In this document: positions 18,101-26,179 of the stretch, piece by piece
Numbering within the stretch: the stretch's first letter is position 1
Layout of the letters: each line of letters opens with the position of its first letter
IMG/VR virus record: IMGVR_UViG_3300035698_011365
Span: 9,674-73,673 of that record
Reading direction: 5' to 3' (one strand)
DNA: 64,000 bases
From: a virus
Translations under genes and position numbers: made by a program
Notes under the pieces: generated by a model
Seen by the model: the letters and a program-made list of their open reading frames with translations, nothing else
What the model was told of the DNA's origin: nothing
The model's database searches: none

Positions 18101-18778
18101 CTTGGTTATGATGGTGTCGGTGATGCAACATTTGCAGTAACAGTATCTGCAGACATTATATCAAGTACCACTGCTAGTGCTGCTATTGATACAGGAAGCT
18201 GGCCGGGAGTTACTCTTGATCTTGATATTATCGTAAATTCCGGTGTCGTTGTAAGAGGACGAGGGGGTAACGGGGGTGCGGGTGGTAATGGAGATATTAC
18301 AGGTAATGGTGGTGGAGCTGGTGGTATCGGTATCAAACTTAACGAAGATTGTAATATTTCTCTTGGTTCTACAGCTCGTGTCTCCGGTGGAGCAGGAGGA
18401 GGCGGCGGCGGAGGTGGTTATGAAGATCCTGAAGGTGCTGGTGTTGGTTATGGTGGCGGAGGAGGAGGAGGTTGGCCTCTAGGAGCTGCAGGTAATGGCC
18501 CGGGAAGTGCTACTAACGGTACAGCAGGTACTGCAACAGAAGGCGGTGCTAATGGTACTGGCTTTAATTTCGGTGGTAATGGTGGTGCAGGTGGTGACAG
18601 AATATCCACATACAGCCCTGAAGCAGGAACAAATGGTGTAACAGGAGCAGCAGGTGATCCGAACACCAATAGCGGCGGGCCGGGAGGCGCTGAAGGTGAC
18701 GCTATTGATAAAAATGGGTATTCGTGTACTATATCCGGTGCAGGCTCATCAAATACATATGATGTAGTTTCAACTTAA
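15155..18778 (+). CDS. Tail fibre: collagen shaft, FN3, J-like region, CBM5/12-like repeats, gp38-like Gly-rich tip
   Basis: 83 GXY triplets; YYYWLKHVN; NGHIAGYGL..FAVLADEF; Y.VGDTV...G..Y twice; VRGRGGNGG poly-Gly tip. Confidence 0.85.
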   Translation: MAVTPKTSNVGGVQIHVDAAYNNIKQVADNLEALLALENYFSNMNGIYLGEFASAPSLRGDTTALQNGDHYFNTDNTIMYTYLDSAWIYSPVFYTQAALNTAVGAGPFHTWVAYADDNIGTGISEQPGSREYIGFALGNSVAAVSILDPDIFNWSKITGADGIDGVDGADGAQGIQGDAGAAGLDGADGSDGAKGDQGDQGIKGDTGDTGATGAAGGTGATGSPGITGDTGPKGDIGLTGSTGLTGPAGTDGADGATGPAGSAGAKGDKGDTGSQGITGATGLTGDNGIPGTAGLSGIAGPAGATGSKGDKGDTGLTGSTGAAGIDGIDGSDGTNGTNGSTGATGATGTTGPTGAKGDTGSTGATGAGGSTGAQGPQGIQGLTGDTGAQGIKGDKGDTGDAGADGSDGNVVIQTPVEPSSISVYPLSESIRITWSVPNYSGHWYTKIYRTTWDGITPPTFDEGDFLQSVQGDYFDYAVTPDTDYYYWLKHVNLDGTESTVSGGNGTKTLIGVSDDIDWVTLSNLDAVLEARLNQIDTTLIDGEAGLLGAMAAIRGEYDILDAAFADVEDDLIDASTGLYKQFSDLSEAYTITAGVVGDNSAGLVFDVGAQGAHFFFKTNVNGHIAGYGLSNTLNEEGNATAQFAVLADEFIVAHPDNTETVPFYISGGVTYLTEAFVKELTANKIIAGTVAASQIYIGSDLFELKGDVNSESKGALIIQNVAKTTELVRLGYSADGASVGLFLKDHAGTDIFTAGTTLAGDMLNSGTIWADVSGTTDAPDDNATRDVYQGNYDAGTAYIVGDTVLESGNIYRNILASTGNTPPNGTYWTLFITGGLFKDIKFKASAAVPSTPTGASPVDWTDHVPATGGTVFQSFALKDQNGSVIGAWSTPTVYIGRFKGAYSGGTDYFLGDSVTQGGSTYICLDETTDGISGQAPPTGAGSNTYWDPLAIKGDQGDEPTTFNETLTWSSGANLNLRDQADILGYDGVGDATFAVTVSADIISSTTASAAIDTGSWPGVTLDLDIIVNSGVVVRGRGGNGGAGGNGDITGNGGGAGGIGIKLNEDCNISLGSTARVSGGAGGGGGGGGYEDPEGAGVGYGGGGGGGWPLGAAGNGPGSATNGTAGTATEGGANGTGFNFGGNGGAGGDRISTYSPEAGTNGVTGAAGDPNTNSGGPGGAEGDAIDKNGYSCTISGAGSSNTYDVVST
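15629..16375 (+). repeat. Collagen-like (Gly-X-Y)83
   Basis: 83 uninterrupted triplets, counted by hand. Confidence 0.95.
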
Positions 18779-18795
18779 CAACTTAAGGGTACAAT

Positions 18796-19206
18796 ATGAC
18801 TGATAAGAAAAAGAAGATAATTAAAAAAACTCCTGCTAAAAAAGCAGCAGTTAAGAAAACTAAACCTAAGAAAGTAGGCCTACCTAAGCCAGTGATGAAA
18901 CCAAAGAACATTGGTAAAGTAGCTGGAGTTAAGAAACCGGTTAAGAAGCCAGTTACTAAACCTACAGTAAAAAAAGCCGCACCTAAACCTAAAGCGGCTG
19001 TTAAACCTAAACCAGCACCTAAGCAGGTTTATAAACCAGTAGCTCCTACAGCTACTCCTATAATCGAGGAGAAGACCGTGAAGAGTAATAAAAAAGTAAT
19101 CTTTTTAGTAGCCGGACTAGCACTACTAATTGCAGTGTTCCTAGTGGTTCGCTCTACTGATGACGATGTCATTGATAACAGTTCCATTGCTGAAGGCGAT
19201 CTTTAA
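18796..19206 (+). CDS. Lys/Pro/Ala-rich protein with a C-terminal transmembrane helix
   Basis: KKPVKK/KPK low-complexity region then VIFLVAGLALLIAVFLVV. Confidence 0.75.
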   Translation: MTDKKKKIIKKTPAKKAAVKKTKPKKVGLPKPVMKPKNIGKVAGVKKPVKKPVTKPTVKKAAPKPKAAVKPKPAPKQVYKPVAPTATPIIEEKTVKSNKKVIFLVAGLALLIAVFLVVRSTDDDVIDNSSIAEGDL

Positions 19207-19355
19207 TGAAAAGCCTTCTGGTAATATGCTGTTTAGCTTTATCAGCGTGTGGAGGAGGTAATACTCCTCCTACCGATAAAGGCTTGAGTATTCCGTCTGG
19301 TAAGGCTTTCTGTGAAGATTACCCTGACCACGAATTCTGTAATTTAGAGGAATAG
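19206..19355 (+). CDS. Small lipoprotein (49 aa; below the ORF-track cutoff)
   Basis: MKSLLVICCLALSA-C lipobox; TAATG coupling; ends PSGKAFCEDYPDHEFC. Confidence 0.75.
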   Translation: MKSLLVICCLALSACGGGNTPPTDKGLSIPSGKAFCEDYPDHEFCNLEE

Positions 19356-19359
19356 GATC

Positions 19360-19758
19360 ATGAGCCGTAAAGCATTAGGCCCAATATTCAGAGAGATGAA
19401 ACGCATCTTCATATGGACATCAGACAAGAAGCAGTACAAACGTATTGATGATTGGCGTGTACCTGAGCTCAGTAAAGATGGTAAGCTTAGAGATGATTGT
19501 GATGGTTTTATCACTTATGCACATAAGTTAATAAGAAAAGTTTTGCCTGATAAAGACAAAGTTAAAATGTTTCCTATATACTGTAAGACACCTGAAGGTG
19601 GACACGTAATTCTTGCTGTAGAGTGTGACGATCGACAGTATATATTTGATAACAGACAGGCTCGTATAGTAAGCTTGGACTTCTTAAAACGTAGAGAATA
19701 CTCCGATTTTAGAAAACCCAAAGGCTCAATATCAGGTAAGTGGTATCCACTGGATTAG
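19360..19758 (+). CDS. Transglutaminase-like cysteine protease (BTLCP/peptidase C93, LapG-like)
   Basis: SD..QY...DDW..P, DCDGF (Cys), GHVIL (His), YIFDN (Asp). Confidence 0.8.
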   Translation: MSRKALGPIFREMKRIFIWTSDKKQYKRIDDWRVPELSKDGKLRDDCDGFITYAHKLIRKVLPDKDKVKMFPIYCKTPEGGHVILAVECDDRQYIFDNRQARIVSLDFLKRREYSDFRKPKGSISGKWYPLD

Positions 19759-19779
19759 ATATATCCATTTTAAATCTAA

Positions 19780-19808
19780 TTGACGGAAGCTGTATATTTA
19801 CATACACT
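19780..19808 (+). promoter_or_regulatory. Sigma70-like promoter of the lysis/portal block
   Basis: TTGACG-N17-TACACT. Confidence 0.6.
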
Positions 19809-19837
19809 TCCGTTATTAATGTGTACAGGAGGCTTAA

Positions 19838-20260
19838 ATGCCTGAAACAATTCTAGAGAAAGCATCAAAAAACTTAAAGATGTTAGCAACAGTGTTTACT
19901 AGTGCAGGTATATTAATAGCGGGTAGTGTAAGCATGTGGGCTTATAACAGCTGGGCTGCAGATGATGTAGATTTAGAAGAAAGATTTAAATCCCTTTTAA
20001 TTAGTCAACAAGCTTTTGATAGTGTAAGTCGTATGAGACTTAAGAGAGACATCGAAAAAGACCAGTTAGAAGATATTGAGGATGATATAAGAGATCTCAA
20101 AAGAGAGAGAAATTTAAATATAAGACAAGGAATTGCTCCGGAGCCCTCACTTGAAGACGATATTGAAGATCTTGAAGAAGAGAGAGATGAGCAAGAACGG
20201 CAGCTTGAATCAATAGAACGCGACTTAAATTACATATTGGATACACCCCCTGATGTCTGA
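19838..20260 (+). CDS. Membrane-anchored coiled-coil protein
   Basis: N-terminal TM, acidic heptads, AGGAGG RBS. Confidence 0.75.
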   Translation: MPETILEKASKNLKMLATVFTSAGILIAGSVSMWAYNSWAADDVDLEERFKSLLISQQAFDSVSRMRLKRDIEKDQLEDIEDDIRDLKRERNLNIRQGIAPEPSLEDDIEDLEEERDEQERQLESIERDLNYILDTPPDV

Positions 20261-20699
20261 ATATTTCGAAGCAGAGCACCCTGATCTAGTAAACCATGTA
20301 GAATTTAAAAAGAGATGGCCTGATTTTATTCCATCTGAATTGGCTTGCTCATGTTGTAACAAGATTAAGATACAATATACATTTATGGATAACATTCAAA
20401 AGATTAGAGATGAGTCAGGGATTGTGATGGCTATTTCTAGCGCTTATAGATGTCCTAAGCACAATGCTTCTGTATCAGCCACTAAGAGCACCACAGGGCC
20501 TCATACAACAGGCCATTCAGTAGATATAGTAGTTTCTAGTGCTGCAGCGAGAAAGCTTACCCGTGTGGCTCTTAAAAGAGAGTATAGAATGACAGGTATA
20601 GGTATTAAGCAAAAAGGTGACTATAAGAAGAGATTCCTTCACTTTGATAACTTGCCTAAAGGAAAAAACCAACCCCGGCCGCATATGTGGTCATACTAG
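20253..20699 (+). CDS. Endolysin, peptidase M15A
   Basis: SAYRCPKHN, HTTGHSVD and LHFD Zn-peptidase motifs. Confidence 0.9.
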   Translation: MSEYFEAEHPDLVNHVEFKKRWPDFIPSELACSCCNKIKIQYTFMDNIQKIRDESGIVMAISSAYRCPKHNASVSATKSTTGPHTTGHSVDIVVSSAAARKLTRVALKREYRMTGIGIKQKGDYKKRFLHFDNLPKGKNQPRPHMWSY

Positions 20700-20708
20700 G
20701 AGAAGACA

Positions 20709-20852
20709 ATGTTAGATCTATTAGCTTATCTACTTGCAGTTCTTTGGCTTGCTGAACGAGTCGGTAAATGGATTCCAGACGATGCTACTGGTGTTCTTGG
20801 ATGGATTCGCAAAGCAGGTAAAACTATTTCTATGTACACAGAGAATAAGTAA
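20709..20852 (+). CDS. Small membrane protein, holin/antiholin candidate (47 aa)
   Basis: MLDLLAYLLAVLWLAERVGKWIPD...; AGGAG RBS; TAATG coupling. Confidence 0.65.
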   Translation: MLDLLAYLLAVLWLAERVGKWIPDDATGVLGWIRKAGKTISMYTENK

Positions 20853-21184
20853 TGCTTGCGCCTAAAACCACAAAACAAAACAAAAGCAGAGGAACCCGCC
20901 GTGCCATACTTAAAGGTGCGGCTGGTATGCTTTGTGGAATATTCTGTATTGTTCTTGTTGGTTTGGCTAATGAAGATGTAGCGAATCGAGCAGTGTTAAT
21001 GTTTGGTATTATATCTCTTATTGGAGGCTGTGCAGTAACAGTTATCATTACATATATGAGTGCAGCAGCACATGAAGACAAAGGCTCAGAAGTAGAACCT
21101 GATCCAATTCCAGAAGAGAAGTGTGAAGAAATTACAGTCAGTGTAAAAAAGCACAGCCATACATCATGGGAGGACGAATTGTAA
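20852..21184 (+). CDS. Putative holin with two TM helices
   Basis: Basic N-terminus, two hydrophobic segments, between endolysin and spanins. Confidence 0.6.
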   Translation: MLAPKTTKQNKSRGTRRAILKGAAGMLCGIFCIVLVGLANEDVANRAVLMFGIISLIGGCAVTVIITYMSAAAHEDKGSEVEPDPIPEEKCEEITVSVKKHSHTSWEDEL

Positions 21185-21708
21185 TGTTTGCTTTTCTAGC
21201 AAGTCCATTAGTAAAGTGGGTAGCCATAGCCGGAGCAGCTACAGTAGCTATTTGGTATGGCTCAGTACAGGTTAAAAGTGCCCTTATGACATGGAACCAA
21301 ATGAATAAGAATATTGGTGAATACCAGCAAAAAGAAAAACAAAATACTGACGATCTTAATGCTTTACAAGGCTTGTTAACTGCAAAGAATATAGAACTAT
21401 TAGATATGCAGGTAAAGTTCGTTAAGAACGAGACAGCCCTTAATGCGATAATGGAGAGATATGACGATGTTAATCAAACTTTACAAGAGCATCAGCTCAA
21501 TACTCTTATGGTTCGTAAACCCGGCCTTATGGAGGGTGTCTATAATCGTGGCACTGATAAGTATTATCGGATGCGCGAAGAGTCAAGAGCCGCCCCTTAC
21601 AACCATTACATTACCCCAAGAACTGAGTTGCCCAATACCATTAGAATTGATCCCCCCGAAACCAGAGCAATTGGCACCGGTGGAGTGGACGATCCTAGTA
21701 GTAACTGA
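21184..21708 (+). CDS. Inner-membrane spanin (Rz-like)
   Basis: N-terminal TM plus coiled coil; TAATG start at 21184. Confidence 0.75.
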   Translation: MFAFLASPLVKWVAIAGAATVAIWYGSVQVKSALMTWNQMNKNIGEYQQKEKQNTDDLNALQGLLTAKNIELLDMQVKFVKNETALNAIMERYDDVNQTLQEHQLNTLMVRKPGLMEGVYNRGTDKYYRMREESRAAPYNHYITPRTELPNTIRIDPPETRAIGTGGVDDPSSN

Positions 21709-21880
21709 TCAGGAAACAGGAGAAGTAAAAGGATATGCTGCTTTAGACGAAGCTAATTATAGGAATTGGGTCTTCAATAATGTAGCAGCGAGTAAATGGG
21801 AAGACTTAGCATCCTCTCAATTGATACAGTACTTAGATGAAAAACAAACAATTTATAAAATTCCCGGATCAGAACAATAA
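21461..21880 (+). CDS. Outer-membrane spanin (Rz1-like lipoprotein)
   Basis: Overlaps the i-spanin in the +1 frame; IIG-C lipobox then Pro-rich; start may be 21467. Confidence 0.75.
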   Translation: MTMLIKLYKSISSILLWFVNPALWRVSIIVALISIIGCAKSQEPPLTTITLPQELSCPIPLELIPPKPEQLAPVEWTILVVTDQETGEVKGYAALDEANYRNWVFNNVAASKWEDLASSQLIQYLDEKQTIYKIPGSEQ

Positions 21881-21889
21881 GGAAATGCA

Positions 21890-22372
21890 ATGAGTACAGA
21901 TAAACCAGAGCACATGGCGGATAGCTCCAAGTATATGTTTGGTCTTTTAATAACTTGCCTGATTGGGATGGTAAGTTATGTATGGGTAAGCCGAGACAGT
22001 GATGTAAACATACTTGCTGAAAAAGTAGGTGAACTGGCTGTATCTACCGGAGCATTGAATGCTAACTTTGCTATTATGCTTGATACAAACAGAATGAACA
22101 ATAAACAGCTAACTGCAGCGATTATAGACCTAAGAACAACTGTTGCTGATCAAGCTCCTGCTTCTATAATCTCAATAAATAACAAAGAAGCTGTTGAAAA
22201 AATACAAGATACTATGTGGTCAAGTGCTGATCATGAAGCCTACGCAGCCAGAACAGATGTACGCAAAGATCAGTTAGAAGAGACAACAAACAGAATTAAG
22301 TTTGAGATAGAGAAAATAAAAAATTATCTCAAACTAGTTCACGATGAGAACCCACCACAATTTGAAGATTAA
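21890..22372 (+). CDS. Membrane-anchored coiled-coil protein
   Basis: N-terminal TM and helical body. Confidence 0.7.
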   Translation: MSTDKPEHMADSSKYMFGLLITCLIGMVSYVWVSRDSDVNILAEKVGELAVSTGALNANFAIMLDTNRMNNKQLTAAIIDLRTTVADQAPASIISINNKEAVEKIQDTMWSSADHEAYAARTDVRKDQLEETTNRIKFEIEKIKNYLKLVHDENPPQFED

Positions 22373-22386
22373 TATAAAGGTGTTAC

Positions 22387-24564
22387 ATGGATATTCTAGA
22401 AAAAGCCGAAGATGTGGGTAAAGAGGGGTTCTCTGGAGATGAGAGCAAAGCCCTTACAGATTGGGCTAATGAGCCTACTGTAGCCGATCTTAAGATGGAT
22501 CTTACCGATGCTAAGAGTGATGTAGATGATCACATCAGCAAAGTAGATACATGGCTTGAGAATCTGAACATAACCGGTCAGGCTGTTGTAAATAACGGTA
22601 AGACCCGGTCAAGTATTGTTCCTAAGCTTATCCGTAAACAAGCTGAGTGGAGATATGCTTCTCTATCTGAACCTTTTCTAAGTACAGCAGATGTATTCAA
22701 TGTAGATCCAGTAACGTATGAAGATAAACAAGCCGCCTATCAAAATGCCCTTATTCTTAATAACCAGTTTAATACTAAAATAGATAAAGTACGTTTTATT
22801 GATGAATATATCCGTACAGCAGTGGATGAAGGTACTGTTATCGTCAGGACTGGATGGGAATTTGAAGAAGGTGAAGTAGAAGAAGAAGTTGCTGATTGGG
22901 ATTACGAAGTAACAGAAGATCCTAAGCAAGCTCAAGAAGTAATGCAGCAAGTACAACAGTTCCAGGAGAATCCTCAAATGCTTGAGGAACTCCCAGAAGA
23001 AATGAAAAGAGCTGTAGAACTAACCCAAGAAAACGGGATGCCTATTGTTCCTGTTCAAGTTGGTTCGCATATGGAAACACGTAATAGGACTATTAAGAAC
23101 CATCCAACTGTTGAAATATGTAATTACAAGAATATCGTTATTGATCCTACCTGTATGGGGGATCTAGATAAAGCAAGCTTTATGTCATATAGCTTCGAAA
23201 GTTCTAAAGCAGAGCTTAAGAGGGATGGCAAATATTCGAATCTAGATAAGATAGTAGTTGATGCTAATTCAGTATTAGCAACACCAGACCACCAAACCAA
23301 TGATGAAAGTAATTTTGCTTTCCGGGATGAGCCTAGAAAGAAAGTAGTAGTCTATGAATATTGGGGTTATTGGGATATCGACGGAGAAGGTGTAGTAGTT
23401 CCTGTTGTTGCTGCATGGATCGGTGACACTATGATTCGATTGGATAAGAATCCATTTCCAGATAAGAAGATTCCATTTGTAACTGCTCAGTACCTACCGG
23501 TACGTAGATCTATCTATGGTGAACCAGATGGTGAGCTTTTAGAAGACAACCAGAAGATTGTAGGTGCCGTTACTCGTGGTATGATCGATATCATGGGTAG
23601 AAGCGCCAATGGCCAACAGGGAGTGCGTAAAGACGCTCTGGACGTTACAAACAAGCGTAAGTTTGATAACGGCGATGATTACGAGTTTAATAGCGGTATG
23701 AACGCTAAAGACGCTTTTTATATGCATACATATCCTGAGATTCCTCAATCAGCTCAGTTTATGCTGGGAATGCAGAACAACGAAGCTGAAAGCCTTACCG
23801 GTGTCAAAGCTTTCTCAGGGCCTTCAGGCCTAACAGGACAAGCCCTAGGAGATAGTGTAGGTGGTATTAAATCAGCTATGGATGCTGCTTCTAAAAGAGA
23901 GCTTGGAATTCTAAGAAGGCTTTCTGCAGGTATCAACGAAATAGGTCGTAAGATCATTGCTATGAATGGTGCATGGCTCGAAGAAGATGAAGTAGTTCGT
24001 ATTACGAATGAAGAGTTTGTACCAATCAGTAAAGATGATCTAGAAGGTAACTTTGATTTAAGACTGTCCATAAGTACTCCTGAAGCAGATGAAGCTAAAG
24101 CTAAAGAATTAGCATTTATGCTTCAAACCACAGGACAAACTATGGGCCCAGAATTTAGTCAGATTATATTATCTGATATAGCCAAATTACGTAAGATGCC
24201 TGAATTAGCTGCTAAGATTAAGGATTTTGCTCCACAACCTAATCCTATCGAGCAGAAGAAAGCAGAACTAGAAGTAGCTCTGTTAGAGGCTCAAATCGAA
24301 ACTGAAAAATCCAAAGCTAGAGAGAACAATGCTGAAGCTGGGCTTGATGAAGCCAAGACAAGTAATATCAATAGTGATACGGATCTAAAAGATCTAGACT
24401 TCCTTGAACAGGAGTCAGGAACCAAGCAGGAGAGAGACCTGCAGAAGCAAGACCGAGGAGCTCAAGCAAATATGGACAGTAAACTAGTAGATCACGAACT
24501 AAATAAAGATATTAAACGTGAAGAAGCTAAGTTTGCCGGAAATACTTCGAGTAATTCTCAGTAA
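22387..24564 (+). CDS. Portal protein (N4 gp59-like)
   Basis: LTDW.NEP, PKLIRKQAEWRY, YGEPDGELLEDNQ, AASKRE. Confidence 0.95.
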   Translation: MDILEKAEDVGKEGFSGDESKALTDWANEPTVADLKMDLTDAKSDVDDHISKVDTWLENLNITGQAVVNNGKTRSSIVPKLIRKQAEWRYASLSEPFLSTADVFNVDPVTYEDKQAAYQNALILNNQFNTKIDKVRFIDEYIRTAVDEGTVIVRTGWEFEEGEVEEEVADWDYEVTEDPKQAQEVMQQVQQFQENPQMLEELPEEMKRAVELTQENGMPIVPVQVGSHMETRNRTIKNHPTVEICNYKNIVIDPTCMGDLDKASFMSYSFESSKAELKRDGKYSNLDKIVVDANSVLATPDHQTNDESNFAFRDEPRKKVVVYEYWGYWDIDGEGVVVPVVAAWIGDTMIRLDKNPFPDKKIPFVTAQYLPVRRSIYGEPDGELLEDNQKIVGAVTRGMIDIMGRSANGQQGVRKDALDVTNKRKFDNGDDYEFNSGMNAKDAFYMHTYPEIPQSAQFMLGMQNNEAESLTGVKAFSGPSGLTGQALGDSVGGIKSAMDAASKRELGILRRLSAGINEIGRKIIAMNGAWLEEDEVVRITNEEFVPISKDDLEGNFDLRLSISTPEADEAKAKELAFMLQTTGQTMGPEFSQIILSDIAKLRKMPELAAKIKDFAPQPNPIEQKKAELEVALLEAQIETEKSKARENNAEAGLDEAKTSNINSDTDLKDLDFLEQESGTKQERDLQKQDRGAQANMDSKLVDHELNKDIKREEAKFAGNTSSNSQ

Positions 24565-24613
24565 CTTTTAATCTATCTCTATCCCACAGGGAAGAGGACA
24601 CAAAGGAATAACT

Positions 24614-24952
24614 ATGTCTAATGATCTACAACAAGTCGAAATCTCTATCAAACAAGCTAGAGACATGATTAAGAAAGCCAAACTCCTAGAACGTCTTTAT
24701 AAGAACCCTCAGTTTAAAGAGCTTATCGTAGAAGGCTATTTAAAAGACGAAGCGGTACGACTTGTACTACTAAAGTCTGATCCACAAATGGAATCAGAGG
24801 AACGCCAGAAGCAGGTTGATATTGGTATTGAAGGTATTGGTTCATTCTACCAACATCTAAACACTATTAGAATGCTAGGTAATAGGGCAAAACAAGATTT
24901 AGATGCACATGAAAACACTCGTGATGAGCTCCACGCTGAGGAAATCAACTAA
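24614..24952 (+). CDS. N4 gp58-like protein
   Basis: LERL..NP.FKELI.EGY..DEAVRLV; synteny. Confidence 0.85.
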   Translation: MSNDLQQVEISIKQARDMIKKAKLLERLYKNPQFKELIVEGYLKDEAVRLVLLKSDPQMESEERQKQVDIGIEGIGSFYQHLNTIRMLGNRAKQDLDAHENTRDELHAEEIN

Positions 24953-26163
24953 TGTCAGATGTGCATGAAAAGGAAGAGGTCGAAGAAGAAACTTTTCTAG
25001 ACCTATCGGATGAAGAAATTTTAAACATGGCTCCTCCAAAAGAGGAGCCTACACCCGAACCTGAAGCAAAAGCTGAAGAAGAACGGGGATCTGAAGAGAA
25101 GAAAGAAGAGGAAGAACAGCCGGAGCCTGAGCTCGAAGCTGAACAAAAAGAGGAAGAAGACGAAGGTGAGGAAGAAGAAAAAACCTCACCACTGGGTGCT
25201 TCTGATGATGATGCTGGAGACCCCCCTCCTGCAGAAGAAGAACCTAAACGTGAAAAACTTACTTTAGAGAAACCGGAAGCGGATAAAGAAAAAGAAGCTA
25301 AACCGGACGATAAAGAAGCTGAAGTTGCTATAGATTATGAAGCTGAATATAAGAAAATCATGGCTCCGTTTAAAGCTAACGGTAAAATGATGTCTCTTAA
25401 TAAAGCTGAAGAAGCGGTGTCCTTAATGTCTATGGGCGCTAACTATAACTTAAAGATGCAGGCTATTAAACCACACCTTAAAGTTATTAAAATGCTTGAC
25501 AATAATAACTTACTTGACGAAAGTAAGATAAGTTATGTAATTGATTTGGTTAAACACAATCCAGATGCTATTACAAAGCTGCTCAAGGATAGTGGTATAG
25601 ACCCACTCAATGTTGATGTAGAAGAAGATTCTAAATATAAGACTACTGCCGCTTACACTGTTACTGATAAAGAAGTAGAACTTGATTCTGTCCTAGATGA
25701 CATACAGCATACCGAAAGCTATCAAGAAACAATCGACATCATTAGCAATAAATGGGATGAGCCTAGTAAAAGAATCATTATAGATAACCCCAATGTTATA
25801 ACTTCAATAAATGAGCAAGTAGGCAGCGGTGTCTATTCTCAAATTAAAGATGTAATGGAGAGGGAACGAGTCTTAGGCAACTTAAAAGGCCTTTCTGACA
25901 TCGAAGCATATCAACAAGTTGGTATATATATGCAGGAGAACCACTTATTCAAAGAAGATGAACAAAGTCCTCCACCTCCACAAAAGAATGCAGATACTCC
26001 CCCAGCCAAAAAAGATAAGCCAATCGATCCAGAGCTCAAAAAGAATAAACTAGCCGCAGGTGGCACTAAAAATGCTCCGTCTAAAGCTCCTAAAAAAGAA
26101 TATGATATTCTTAATATGAGCGACGAGGAGATTGAGAAGTTATCTGCAAATGATTTTAATTAA
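24952..26163 (+). CDS. N4 gp57-like protein (probable scaffold)
   Basis: Acidic N-terminus; PFKANGK, MGANY, MSDEE; directly before the MCP. Confidence 0.85.
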   Translation: MSDVHEKEEVEEETFLDLSDEEILNMAPPKEEPTPEPEAKAEEERGSEEKKEEEEQPEPELEAEQKEEEDEGEEEEKTSPLGASDDDAGDPPPAEEEPKREKLTLEKPEADKEKEAKPDDKEAEVAIDYEAEYKKIMAPFKANGKMMSLNKAEEAVSLMSMGANYNLKMQAIKPHLKVIKMLDNNNLLDESKISYVIDLVKHNPDAITKLLKDSGIDPLNVDVEEDSKYKTTAAYTVTDKEVELDSVLDDIQHTESYQETIDIISNKWDEPSKRIIIDNPNVITSINEQVGSGVYSQIKDVMERERVLGNLKGLSDIEAYQQVGIYMQENHLFKEDEQSPPPPQKNADTPPAKKDKPIDPELKKNKLAAGGTKNAPSKAPKKEYDILNMSDEEIEKLSANDFN

Positions 26164-26179
26164 CTAAGGAGCCCCAATA

